From Geobacter metallireducens GS-15 (GTDB taxonomy: Bacteria > Desulfobacterota > Desulfuromonadia > Geobacterales > Geobacteraceae), in NCBI RefSeq assembly GCF_000012925.1, contig NC_007517.1, positions 2,910,001 to 2,942,000 of the forward strand: a DNA stretch of 32,000 nt, in the 5' to 3' direction. Of this stretch, positions 1 to 7,647 are shown piece after piece (the stretch's first letter is position 1; the number at the start of each line of letters is the position of its first letter). A program made the translations under genes and the position numbers. Below the pieces are notes generated by a model that worked only from the letters and a program-made list of their open reading frames with translations, did no database searches and had not been told where the DNA came from.

Positions 1-1328
1 CCCTGCGCCTCATCCAGTCCGGCGACTATGATCTGGCGATCCTTGACATCAAGATGCCCGGCATTTCGGGGCTCGACCTCCTGGACCGGGTGAAGGAGCT
101 GAAGAGCGACCTCCTCATGGTGATCATGACCGCCGAGGCAAGCATGAAGAACGCCGTGGAGGCCATGAAGCGCGGCGCCTACGACTACATCACCAAGCCC
201 TTCGACCTGGACGTGATCGACGCCATCATCGAGAAGGTGAACCGGGCCAGGGAGATCACCTCCCAGATGTCGATCCTCCGGGAGGAACTGAAGGACCGCT
301 ATCTCCTGGAGAAGAACATCGTCGGTAACTCCCCGGCCATGCGGGAGGTCTACAAGACCATCGGCAAGGTGGCTCCCAGCGACGTAACGGTGCTGGTGCA
401 GGGGGAGTCGGGGACCGGCAAGGAGCTCATCGCCCGGGCCATCCATTTCAACTCCAAACGGATCGGCAAGCCGTTCATTGCCCTCAACTGCGCAGCGATC
501 CCCAAGGAACTCCTGGAGAGCGAGCTCTTCGGCTTCGAGAAGGGGGCCTTCACCGGCGCCGCGGAGCGCAAACTCGGCAAGTTCGAGCAGGCCAACGGCG
601 GCACTATCTTCCTGGACGAGATCGGCGACATGCCCCTGGACCTCCAGGCGAAGATCCTGCGGGTCCTCCAGGAGAAGGAGGTGACCCGCACCGGTGGGAG
701 CCAGAACATCGCCGTGGACGTGCGGATCGTGGCGGCCACCAACCAGAACCTGGAGGAACTGGCCCGGAACAAACAGTTCCGGGAAGACCTCTACTACCGC
801 CTGAACGTGGTGCCCATCCAGCTGGTGCCGCTGCGGGAGCGCAAGGAGGACATCCCGGCCCTGGTGGAGTACTTCCTCCACAAGACCTGTGCCGAACTGG
901 AGGTCCCCGGCAGGACCTGCTCCCCCGAGACCATGGCGCTCCTCACCGCCTACTCCTGGCCCGGCAACGTGCGGGAGCTGGAGAACACCATCAAAAGGGC
1001 CGTGATCCTCTCCTCCGACCCGCTCCTCACGCCGGCAGACTTTCCGGGGCTCCGCATCCAGCGCACCGGCGAGGCCGTCGCCACCGACGAGCTGTCGCTT
1101 GAGGCCCTGGTGGACATGAAGCTGCGGGCGAGCCTCACCAATCTCGACAAGATGGAGACCGGCGACATCTACAACCTGGTCCTCAAACAGATCGAACGCC
1201 CCCTCATCCGCTTCGTCCTGGAAAAGACCCGGGGGAACCAAGTGAAGGGCGCCGAAATCCTCGGCATCAACCGGAACACACTCCGGAAGAAGATCCAGGA
1301 ACTGGGCATCGAAATCAGGAGAGACTGA
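1..1328 (+). CDS. sigma-54-dependent response regulator (NtrC family), 5' end cut by window edge
   Basis: Frame 3 is open from base 3 (LRLIQSGDYDLAILDIKMPG, receiver domain), so the listed start at 54 is internal. It is followed by an AAA+ sigma-54 interaction domain (GESGTGKE Walker A, GAFTGA loop, FLDEIGDM Walker B) and a C-terminal Fis-type HTH (GNQVKGAEILGINRNTLRKKIQELGI). Confidence 0.9.
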   Translation, partial: LRLIQSGDYDLAILDIKMPGISGLDLLDRVKELKSDLLMVIMTAEASMKNAVEAMKRGAYDYITKPFDLDVIDAIIEKVNRAREITSQMSILREELKDRYLLEKNIVGNSPAMREVYKTIGKVAPSDVTVLVQGESGTGKELIARAIHFNSKRIGKPFIALNCAAIPKELLESELFGFEKGAFTGAAERKLGKFEQANGGTIFLDEIGDMPLDLQAKILRVLQEKEVTRTGGSQNIAVDVRIVAATNQNLEELARNKQFREDLYYRLNVVPIQLVPLRERKEDIPALVEYFLHKTCAELEVPGRTCSPETMALLTAYSWPGNVRELENTIKRAVILSSDPLLTPADFPGLRIQRTGEAVATDELSLEALVDMKLRASLTNLDKMETGDIYNLVLKQIERPLIRFVLEKTRGNQVKGAEILGINRNTLRKKIQELGIEIRRD

Positions 1329-1333
1329 AAGCC

Positions 1334-1457
1334 GGGACCGGGGATCAGGGACCGGGGATCAGGAAAAATCAAAAACAGCAACAAGCGAATCGGTACCATG
1401 GCCATCTACGGAGCATTACCGGGTTTTCCCGGTCCCTGGTCCCCGGTCCCCGGTCCC
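1334..1457. repeat. imperfect long inverted repeat (hairpin element) built from short GGGACCGGGGA-type repeats
   Basis: The left arm gggaccggggatcagggaccggggatcagg (1334-1363) is complementary to the right arm cccggtccctggtccccggtccccggtccc (1428-1457). The outermost 11 bp pair perfectly (1334-1344 with 1447-1457). The loop is about 64 nt. The element sits between the activator stop and the isochorismatase RBS. Confidence 0.6.
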
Positions 1458-1485
1458 GAATTCCGACTGAAAGGAGGAATTACCA

Positions 1486-2049
1486 ATGGGCATCATGGAC
1501 ACGTTTTTTCTCGACCGGAACCAGGCGGTACTCGTCGTCGTGGACGTGCAGGAGAAGCTCTGCGCGGCCATGAACCAGGAGGTCCTGGCACAACTCACGA
1601 AGAACACCGGCATCCTCCTGGAGGCCGCGAAGGAGCTCGGCATCCCGGTGGTGGCCACGGAGCAGTACGTGAAGGGTCTCGGCTGCACCGTGCCGGAGCT
1701 GCGGCAACAGTTCGAGGGAGCAGCCTTCGAGAAGATGGCCTTCAGCTGCTGCGGCGATGAGGCCTTCCTGAACCGGTTGGCGGAGCTGGGGCGGAAGCAG
1801 GTGATCGTCACCGGCATGGAGACCCACGTCTGCGTCCTCCAGACGATCCTGGAGCTCCGGGAGCGGGGATATCACGTCCACCTGGTGAAGGATGCGGTCA
1901 TGAGTCGCAAAAAAGGGAACTGGAAGGTGGGGGTCAACGCCGCAGCAGCGGCCGGCGCGGCCATCACCTCCACCGAGGCGGCCCTGTTCCAGCTCCTGCG
2001 GGTGGCAGGGACCGAGGAGTTCAAGAAGCTGTCGAAGCTGGTACGATAG
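1486..2049 (+). CDS. isochorismatase-family (cysteine) hydrolase
   Basis: 187-aa ORF with RBS aaaggagg 8 nt upstream. The N-terminal AVLVVVDVQEKL and the later VIVTGMETHVCVLQT (catalytic Cys context) are typical of the isochorismatase/YcaC-like fold. Confidence 0.8.
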   Translation: MGIMDTFFLDRNQAVLVVVDVQEKLCAAMNQEVLAQLTKNTGILLEAAKELGIPVVATEQYVKGLGCTVPELRQQFEGAAFEKMAFSCCGDEAFLNRLAELGRKQVIVTGMETHVCVLQTILELRERGYHVHLVKDAVMSRKKGNWKVGVNAAAAAGAAITSTEAALFQLLRVAGTEEFKKLSKLVR

Positions 2050-2146
2050 GCGAACGGTCCACAGCTGTCACAAAAAATACCATGCTGGCCATCTACTGGT
2101 AGTCTTGAAGTGACCGCTTCATACCATCAGTGAGAAGGAGGCCAAC

Positions 2147-3223
2147 ATGGCAAAGATCAGTTTAGCAGGTCTGCAGCAGTTTGTTGTTGGGTTTGAAGAT
2201 GAGACTTTCCACGTCGGCATCGACGTGCATAAACGCAGTTATCACATTGCCTTGCACCGTTGCGACGGTCGAGCATTGAGCTTGGTCAGTCCGGCATCAC
2301 CTCAAGCCATAATCGAACTACTTACCGGGTTGAACATCCGGGTTGGTGCTGTAGCCTATGAATCCGGCCCAACCGGGTTCTCCCTCGCCAGAATGCTCTT
2401 TGCTGCCGGGTTCCCGGTTATTGTTGCGGCTCCAAGTAAAATCCCCCGCTCCGTAACTCCTGGCGCCAAATGTGACCGGCTTGACTGCCTGAAGCTGGCC
2501 AACTATGCCGCCAAGGGGATGCTCAAATCTATCGCCATCCCAACACAACAGGAAGAAGCACGCCGAACCCTGCTGCGCCGCCGCCATATGCTTGTCGATG
2601 ACGTCAGACGCTGCAAACAGCGGATCAAGGGGCTTCTGCTGTTCCTGGGCGTCGATGAACCTAAAGAGCTGGAACACTGGCAAATTGGTGTTGATGCAGT
2701 GCTGCTTGCTCTGCCGATAGACTCAGCTGCACACATGACTCTGCAAAGCTACCTGCGCGAGCTGACGTTTAACCAGGAAGAGCTGCGCAGGATCGAACAC
2801 CAGTTAAAGTCGCTGACAAAAACAGAGGAACTAGCCAACACCATGACATGCCTGCAGTCGATCCCCGGCGTCGGACCGGTAGTTGCCACAACTTTCGCTA
2901 TGGAGCTGTTTCGCCCAGAACGATTCAAAAGACCGGAAGAGGTCGCCAGTTATCTCGGCTTGGCTCCGGTAGTTCGGCAAAGCGGCAACAAGTCATCATC
3001 AGGCAGACTGGTTCCGGCCGGACAAACCAGATTGCGCAGCCTATTGATTGAGGCGGCTTGGATGTGGAGGAGCAGAGATTCATACGCCGAAAACTTGTAT
3101 CGCCGCCTGCTCGGCAAGACGGGTATCGCTCAAAAAGCAATAGCTGTCGTAGCCCGCCGACTTGCAATCATTCTATGGCGTCTATACGTTGAGCAGCGGC
3201 CGTATCGAATAGTCATTTCTTAA
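2147..3223 (+). CDS. IS110-family transposase (DEDD RuvC-like N-domain plus Transposase_20-type C-domain)
   Basis: 358 aa with RBS gaaggagg. The N-terminus has HVGIDVHKRSYHIAL (first DEDD Asp context). The C-terminal LQSIPGVGPVVATTFAMEL ... ASYLGLAPVVRQSGNKSSSGR is the hallmark IS110 C-domain with the catalytic Ser region. Confidence 0.9.
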   Translation: MAKISLAGLQQFVVGFEDETFHVGIDVHKRSYHIALHRCDGRALSLVSPASPQAIIELLTGLNIRVGAVAYESGPTGFSLARMLFAAGFPVIVAAPSKIPRSVTPGAKCDRLDCLKLANYAAKGMLKSIAIPTQQEEARRTLLRRRHMLVDDVRRCKQRIKGLLLFLGVDEPKELEHWQIGVDAVLLALPIDSAAHMTLQSYLRELTFNQEELRRIEHQLKSLTKTEELANTMTCLQSIPGVGPVVATTFAMELFRPERFKRPEEVASYLGLAPVVRQSGNKSSSGRLVPAGQTRLRSLLIEAAWMWRSRDSYAENLYRRLLGKTGIAQKAIAVVARRLAIILWRLYVEQRPYRIVIS

Positions 3224-3322
3224 TTGGTGTCGCGACGGCTCTTTTGCCACTGTGGTGGCGGAATAAAAATGGCGAAACCTTCTCTAGGTACCGGATCGGT
3301 ACTCGGCGCACCTAAGGCGCGA

Positions 3323-3502
3323 ATAAGAAAAGGCATTCTCATAAAAAAGAATGCCCGGAGAGAAGGTTGGAAAGAACGCTCTTTGAAAATATCTTGACAG
3401 ATGGCCACATAAGGAAAAGGCATCTTCCATAACGGAAAATGCCCCCTGAGAAGGTTGCATCACCTTCGATCTTTGAAATCATTTGACAGATGGCCACATA
3501 AG
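3323..3502 (+). repeat. two tandem, diverged ~89-nt units, each ending in the IS end motif ttgacagatggccacataag
   Basis: Unit 1 is about 3323-3412 and unit 2 about 3409-3502. Both start ataag(g)aaaaggcat, contain gagaaggttg and ctttgaaa, and end gacagatggccacataag. Unit 1 carries a perfect 8-bp stem, ggcattct/agaatgcc. Confidence 0.7.
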
Positions 3503-3503
3503 A

Positions 3504-3536
3504 AAGAGCCGCCCCGAGGGGACGGCTCTTTTTTTG
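3504..3536 (+). terminator. rho-independent terminator, probably the original terminator of the isochorismatase gene and now displaced by the IS
   Basis: GC-rich stem aagagccg(cccc)...(gggg)a cggctctt followed by a T7 run. It lies between the IS end and the stop of the convergent gene at 3558. Confidence 0.6.
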
Positions 3537-3557
3537 CGTTTTCTATCCGGGTGCCGG

Positions 3558-4865
3558 TCAGTTAATAAGCCGGCGGGCGATGGTATCGTGGTTCAGCCAG
3601 ACTACCGGCGCCTGGGGGCTCCAGGAATGATCGAACATGAGGCGTCCCACCGCCTGGAAGACCGATTTCGAGAGTTCAGCGCAGACCACGTTCTTGGGGT
3701 CGGCGCTCATGGTCATAAGCTCGTCGGAGACGGTGAGCATGAGGCTCGCCTGCTCCGCGGTATTGTGGTGGGGCCACTGCTCATAGGTCCCGAAGGGGTT
3801 CAGGACCGGCGACGAGAGGTAGGCATCGGCCTTGGCTAGGAGAGCGTCAAGGGTCTCCCCTTCCTTCAGGAGCCCCTGGCAGGCATCCCATATGGCCGTG
3901 GCCGCGGGTCCGTCCCCTTCCTTCCGCAGGGCCGCCAGCAGCGGGTAGAGGGATATTTCCACCCCCAGAAAGAGGGCGCTGGAGTTGGTCTGGATCTCGG
4001 GGGAATTGTAAACCGTGGCCTTCACCCCCTCCTGCCAGGCCTTCGTGGCGACCTCCTCCAGGCGAATCTTGGCCCATCCCTGGAGGTAGGGGGTGTAGGA
4101 CTGCCACCGGTATTCTCCGCCGATGAGCACCGCGCAGCCGTGGTAGCCGAAGGCCGAATAGGAAATGCGGGAACCGGCCCCCTCCACCCGACTCCGGAGC
4201 CCAGCGGTGGCGGCGATGAGGGCGCCGAAGGTGTCGGCGGTCACCTCGTCGAAGGAGAGGGAGCAGAGCTGCCCCACATCGGATTTCCAGAAGGGTCCTG
4301 ACGCCAGGTAGCGGTCTCCCTGCCCCTTGAAGACCCGGTTCAGGATTGGCATGAGGGTCCTGGCCCGGGGGATGCCACCAGCCATGGTGTGCGCAATGAG
4401 AACGTTGGCCCCGGCCGGGATGAGTCCGTCCAGATCTTTGGCGAAGAGAGCAAGATTCTCCCGGAAGCGGGCGAGCCCCTTCTGCCGCGACTCCTCGATG
4501 GCGGCCATGTCGAGCCGCGTCTCCACCACCGTGTCGGGCTTTACCCCCTTGAGGCGGTCAGCGGGGGTGAGGCCGTCGGCGGCCGGCTCCAGGTCGAACC
4601 CGGCTTCCAGCGGCACGTTGATGATCTTCCCACCAAGGTTCGCCTCGGCCTCGGCAAGCTCCTCGGGAGTGAGGGGACGGAGCGGTCCGTTGTTGTCGCG
4701 GCGCCCCACGGTGGCACCGATGATGGTCATGCCGGCTTTTTTTGCCTCGTCGACGATGCCGTTGGCGTACCCCCGGCCGAAGAGTTCGCCGAATAGGACG
4801 AAGACGTCGCCCTTACCATAACCGGCGGTCGCAGGAATCTGTTTCAAAGGATTGTATTGGGTCAT
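3558..4865 (-). CDS. conserved protein of unknown function (435 aa)
   Basis: Long ORF with coding-like codon usage and RBS agaggag 8 nt upstream. It starts 17 nt after the lpxA-like stop, so it is probably co-transcribed. I do not confidently recognise a family. Confidence 0.65.
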   Translation of the reverse strand: MTQYNPLKQIPATAGYGKGDVFVLFGELFGRGYANGIVDEAKKAGMTIIGATVGRRDNNGPLRPLTPEELAEAEANLGGKIINVPLEAGFDLEPAADGLTPADRLKGVKPDTVVETRLDMAAIEESRQKGLARFRENLALFAKDLDGLIPAGANVLIAHTMAGGIPRARTLMPILNRVFKGQGDRYLASGPFWKSDVGQLCSLSFDEVTADTFGALIAATAGLRSRVEGAGSRISYSAFGYHGCAVLIGGEYRWQSYTPYLQGWAKIRLEEVATKAWQEGVKATVYNSPEIQTNSSALFLGVEISLYPLLAALRKEGDGPAATAIWDACQGLLKEGETLDALLAKADAYLSSPVLNPFGTYEQWPHHNTAEQASLMLTVSDELMTMSADPKNVVCAELSKSVFQAVGRLMFDHSWSPQAPVVWLNHDTIARRLIN

Positions 4866-4882
4866 TGGGGAAACTCCTCTTT

Positions 4883-5692
4883 TTAGTCTTTCTCTTCCAC
4901 GTCCACGATCACGCCGTGTCCGAAGCAGACCCCCCGCTTGGCGCTCTTGATGAAGTCCAGAAGGTAGCGGACATCGTCGGTAATGGTGAGAGTGCGCTCC
5001 GCCTCGGCCAGGGCGTTTTGCATATTGAGCCCCGAAAGGAAGAGGAGTTTGAAGGCATTCTTGATGGCGCGGATGCGGGCCTGGTCAAAGCCGTTGCGGC
5101 GCAGTCCCACGAGGTTCAGAGCCTTAACCGTGTGGGTGTCGTCCATGATGCAGAAGGGGGGCACGTCGCGGGAGGTGCGGGAAAGCCCCCGCATCATGGC
5201 AAATTTTCCGATCCGGCAGAACTGATGCACCACGCAGTTGCCGGAGACGATGGCCCGGTCCTCCACCACCACGTGGCCGGCCAGGAGCACCCCGTTCACC
5301 AGGATGATATTGTTCCCCAGCACGCAGTTGTGCCCCACGTGGGAGTTGACCATGAAGAAGTTGTTGTCGCCGACCACCGTGTTCGTCCCGGGCCGGTTCC
5401 CCCGGTGGATGGTGGCACCCTCGCGGATGATGTTGCCGTTGCCGATGATGGTCCAGCTCTCCTCCCCTTTGTAGCCGAAGTCCTGGGGGTCATGGCCAAC
5501 GATGGCTCCGTAATGGATCGTGTTGTTCTCGCCGATCTTCGTCCAGGGGCCGATGACGGCGTTGGCCATCACCTTCGTGCCGGCGCCGATGGAGGAATGG
5601 TCCCCCACGATGACGTTGGCGCCGATCTCAACGCCGTCGGCGATGGTGGCGGAGGGGCTTATCTGTGCTGAAGGATGGATGCTAGTAGTCAT
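4883..5692 (-). CDS. lpxA: acyl-ACP--UDP-N-acetylglucosamine O-acyltransferase family protein (LpxA-like)
   Basis: N-terminal left-handed beta-helix hexapeptide repeats plus an LpxA-type C-terminal helical domain (SRDVPPFCIM ... GLRRNGFDQARIRAIKNAFKLLF). It is colinear by eye with E. coli LpxA. No other lpx genes are adjacent, so it may be a paralog. Confidence 0.8.
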   Translation of the reverse strand: MTTSIHPSAQISPSATIADGVEIGANVIVGDHSSIGAGTKVMANAVIGPWTKIGENNTIHYGAIVGHDPQDFGYKGEESWTIIGNGNIIREGATIHRGNRPGTNTVVGDNNFFMVNSHVGHNCVLGNNIILVNGVLLAGHVVVEDRAIVSGNCVVHQFCRIGKFAMMRGLSRTSRDVPPFCIMDDTHTVKALNLVGLRRNGFDQARIRAIKNAFKLLFLSGLNMQNALAEAERTLTITDDVRYLLDFIKSAKRGVCFGHGVIVDVEEKD

Positions 5693-7052
5693 GACGTTTC
5701 TCCAGGTTTTCGAACTTGGTGTACTGGCCGTTGAACAGGAGCTTTACCGTTCCGATGGGGCCGTTACGCTGCTTGCCGATGATGATCTCGGCGTCCTTGT
5801 CGTGCTCCTTGGTGCAGGAGCCGTCCCGCTTCTTGCAGTCGTCGCAGTAGACGGCGTCCCGGTAGACGAACATGATCACGTCGGCGTCCTGCTCGATGGC
5901 GCCCGATTCCCGCAGGTCGCTCATGATGGGGCGCTTGTCGGTGCGGCTCTCCAGGGAGCGGTTCAGCTGCGACAGGGCCACCACCGGCACGTCCAGTTCC
6001 TTGGCCAGGGCCTTGAGGGAGCGGGATATCTCCGAGATCTCCTGCTGGCGCGACTCGGTGCTCGACCCCCGCATGAGCTGCAGATAGTCGACCACGATGA
6101 GCCCCAGACCGTGCTCCGCCTTGAGACGCCGGCACTTGGCCCGCATCTCCAGCACCGGGATGGCCGGAGTATCATCGATGAACATCTTCGCCTTGGCCAG
6201 CTTGTCGGCCCCGCTGGTCAGCTTGTGCCAGTCGGTATCCACCAGATGGCCGGTCCGCAGGCGGCTCGCGTCGACTCGGGACTCGGAGCAGAGAAGCCGC
6301 ATCACCAGCTGCTCCTTGCTCATCTCCAGGGAGAAGATGGCCGCCGGCGCCGGCGTGCTGGCGTGGGCCGCGGCATGCTGAGCGATGTTGAGGGCAAAGG
6401 CGGTCTTCCCCATGGAGGGGCGACCGGCGATGATGATGAGGTCCCCCCGCTGGAAGCCTGCAGTCATCTCGTCCAGGTCGTAGAAACCGGTGGGGACGCC
6501 GGTGACATGCTCCTTCTTCTCGTAGAGGGTCTCTATGTGCTTGAAGGTATCCTTGAGGATGGTGCCGACCAGCGTGAACGCGGGGCGAAGCTTGTTGTCG
6601 GCAATTTCGAAGATGTTCTTCTGGGCCGTGTCGAGAAGCTCCTCCACCCCGGTCTCCACGTCGTACCCCTTGGTGACGATGTCGGTGGCCGCGGTGATGA
6701 GACGGCGGGTGATGGACTTCTCCTTCACCATCCGGCAGTAGTAGGCGATGTTGGCGGCAGTGGGGACGTAATCGACCAGGGTGGCCAGGTACGCGGCCCC
6801 TCCCACTTCCTCCAGCTCCCCGAAGCGTTTGAGCACGTCGGTGAGTGTAATGAGGTCGCAGGGTTCGTTGCGGGTGGAGAGGTCCACCATGGCCCGAAAA
6901 ATCTTCCGGTGGGTCTCCCGGTAGAGGTCGTCGGCCTCGATGATCTCCAGGGCGCGGTTGATCGCCTCGTTTTCGAGGAGAATCCCGCCGAGGATCGACA
7001 TCTCGGCCTCAATGCTCTGGGGAGGAACTTTTCTCAGGTCTACTGCGGACAT
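5682..7052 (-). CDS. dnaB: replicative DNA helicase DnaB
   Basis: N-terminus PPQSIEAEMSILGGILL, Walker A GRPSMGKTAFALNIA, Walker B LIVVDYLQLM, then SRSLKALAKELDVPVVALSQLNR. No intein is present. The stop overlaps the lpxA-like start by 11 nt. Confidence 0.95.
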   Translation of the reverse strand: MSAVDLRKVPPQSIEAEMSILGGILLENEAINRALEIIEADDLYRETHRKIFRAMVDLSTRNEPCDLITLTDVLKRFGELEEVGGAAYLATLVDYVPTAANIAYYCRMVKEKSITRRLITAATDIVTKGYDVETGVEELLDTAQKNIFEIADNKLRPAFTLVGTILKDTFKHIETLYEKKEHVTGVPTGFYDLDEMTAGFQRGDLIIIAGRPSMGKTAFALNIAQHAAAHASTPAPAAIFSLEMSKEQLVMRLLCSESRVDASRLRTGHLVDTDWHKLTSGADKLAKAKMFIDDTPAIPVLEMRAKCRRLKAEHGLGLIVVDYLQLMRGSSTESRQQEISEISRSLKALAKELDVPVVALSQLNRSLESRTDKRPIMSDLRESGAIEQDADVIMFVYRDAVYCDDCKKRDGSCTKEHDKDAEIIIGKQRNGPIGTVKLLFNGQYTKFENLEKRHDY

Positions 7053-7107
7053 GGCCTGCCTTGGGAATGTTTAAAACGAATGCCGGAAGCAAGTGGGGGA
7101 AGGGGGT

Positions 7108-7136
7108 ACTATAACTCGCGCCGCCTACCCGGTCAA
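7108..7136 (-). promoter_or_regulatory. candidate sigma-70 promoter for the dnaB operon
   Basis: On the minus strand: TTGACC (7136-7131), a 17-nt spacer, then TATAGT (7113-7108). It lies about 55 nt upstream of the dnaB start. Confidence 0.4.
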
Positions 7137-7162
7137 CGATTTTGACCCGCCTCCCCATCGGC

Positions 7163-7202
7163 ACAAAAGCAAAGGCGGGGCGACCAAACAGCCCGCCCCG
7201 CC
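7163..7202 (-). terminator. rho-independent terminator of the small gene at 7230-7409
   Basis: The 8-bp GC stem ggcggggc (7174-7181) pairs with gccccgcc (7195-7202). On the minus strand it is followed by tttgcttttgt. Confidence 0.5.
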
Positions 7203-7229
7203 CTTCATTCCTCCGCGCAGCACCGGGTT

Positions 7230-7409
7230 TCAGTCACAGTCCTCCCGCCACAGGCACTGGTCCTGACCACAGTTTGCGGCCTTTCCCTCGGCATAGCAGT
7301 CGGAATTCCCTTCCATGCGCTGGATGGCCTTGATCAGCTCGGCCTTTTTCAGGGTGCCGGCCTTGACCCCCCGCTGCTTGGCAATTTCCTTGATCTCCTG
7401 CATCTTCAT
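7230..7409 (-). CDS. small Rho_N/SAP-like domain protein with a C-terminal four-Cys motif (59 aa)
   Basis: I place the start at MKMQEIKEIAKQRGVKAGTLKKAELIKAIQ because a strong RBS (gggaggaaag) precedes it. The listed start at 7472 has no RBS. The C-terminus is CYAEGKAANCGQDQCLWREDC. Confidence 0.6.
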   Translation of the reverse strand: MKMQEIKEIAKQRGVKAGTLKKAELIKAIQRMEGNSDCYAEGKAANCGQDQCLWREDCD

Positions 7410-7647
7410 GGTGCTTTCCTCCCGAATGAGCTTTTCTGCTGAGGCCTCTGTTGTTCCGATTATCATCGTCATGTTACCGCGTTATGACGTTCTTACAACA
7501 TGTACCAGAAGATCGGCTGTTCGCAACTGCAATCTCCCGGTTATGTTCAACTTCCCTCTCGACAAAATGAAAAATATTACATAAGATTGCGACCTGCATA
7601 CTGTATACAGAAAACTCCTCATAAACCCACGCGAAAGGAGAGCATGT

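Larger units (their letters stand above)
2077..3502 (+). mobile_element. IS110-family insertion sequence with IS1111-like layout (boundaries approximate, within tens of bp)
   Basis: There is a single transposase ORF with about 60 nt of upstream and about 280 nt of downstream non-coding DNA. The imperfect subterminal inverted repeat is ATG(C)TGGCCATCT at 2082-2094 (+) and, reverse-complemented, at 3399-3410 and 3488-3499. The element lies between the isochorismatase stop (2049) and a terminator (3504-3536). Confidence 0.7.

Noticed and set aside
3323-3502. Tandem repeats considered as a possible CRISPR array
   Set aside because: There are only two diverged ~89-nt units with no short repeat/spacer alternation and no cas genes. 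The units carry the IS end motif.
3220-3839. Short ORFs in the IS110 tail (3220-3423 - and 3483-3839 +)
   Set aside because: They have no RBS and they cross repeat units, the terminator or the neighbouring gene in antisense. The region is better explained as non-coding IS end.
5520-7145. 541-aa ORF on the plus strand, opposite dnaB/lpxA
   Set aside because: It is a shadow ORF typical of high-GC DNA. Its composition is low-complexity (G/A/V/L/H/D-rich) with no motifs, and it lies wholly antisense to two genes that have unambiguous family signatures.
7601-7610. Perfect 10-bp palindrome ctgtatacag upstream of fumarase, considered as a LexA/SOS box; the nearby A/T-rich stretch considered as a Fur box
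   Set aside because: The palindrome is too short for the CTGT-N8-ACAG box and does not match the Geobacter-type LexA motif as I remember it. The Fur-box alignment was poor. It may still be an operator, but I cannot support a specific call.
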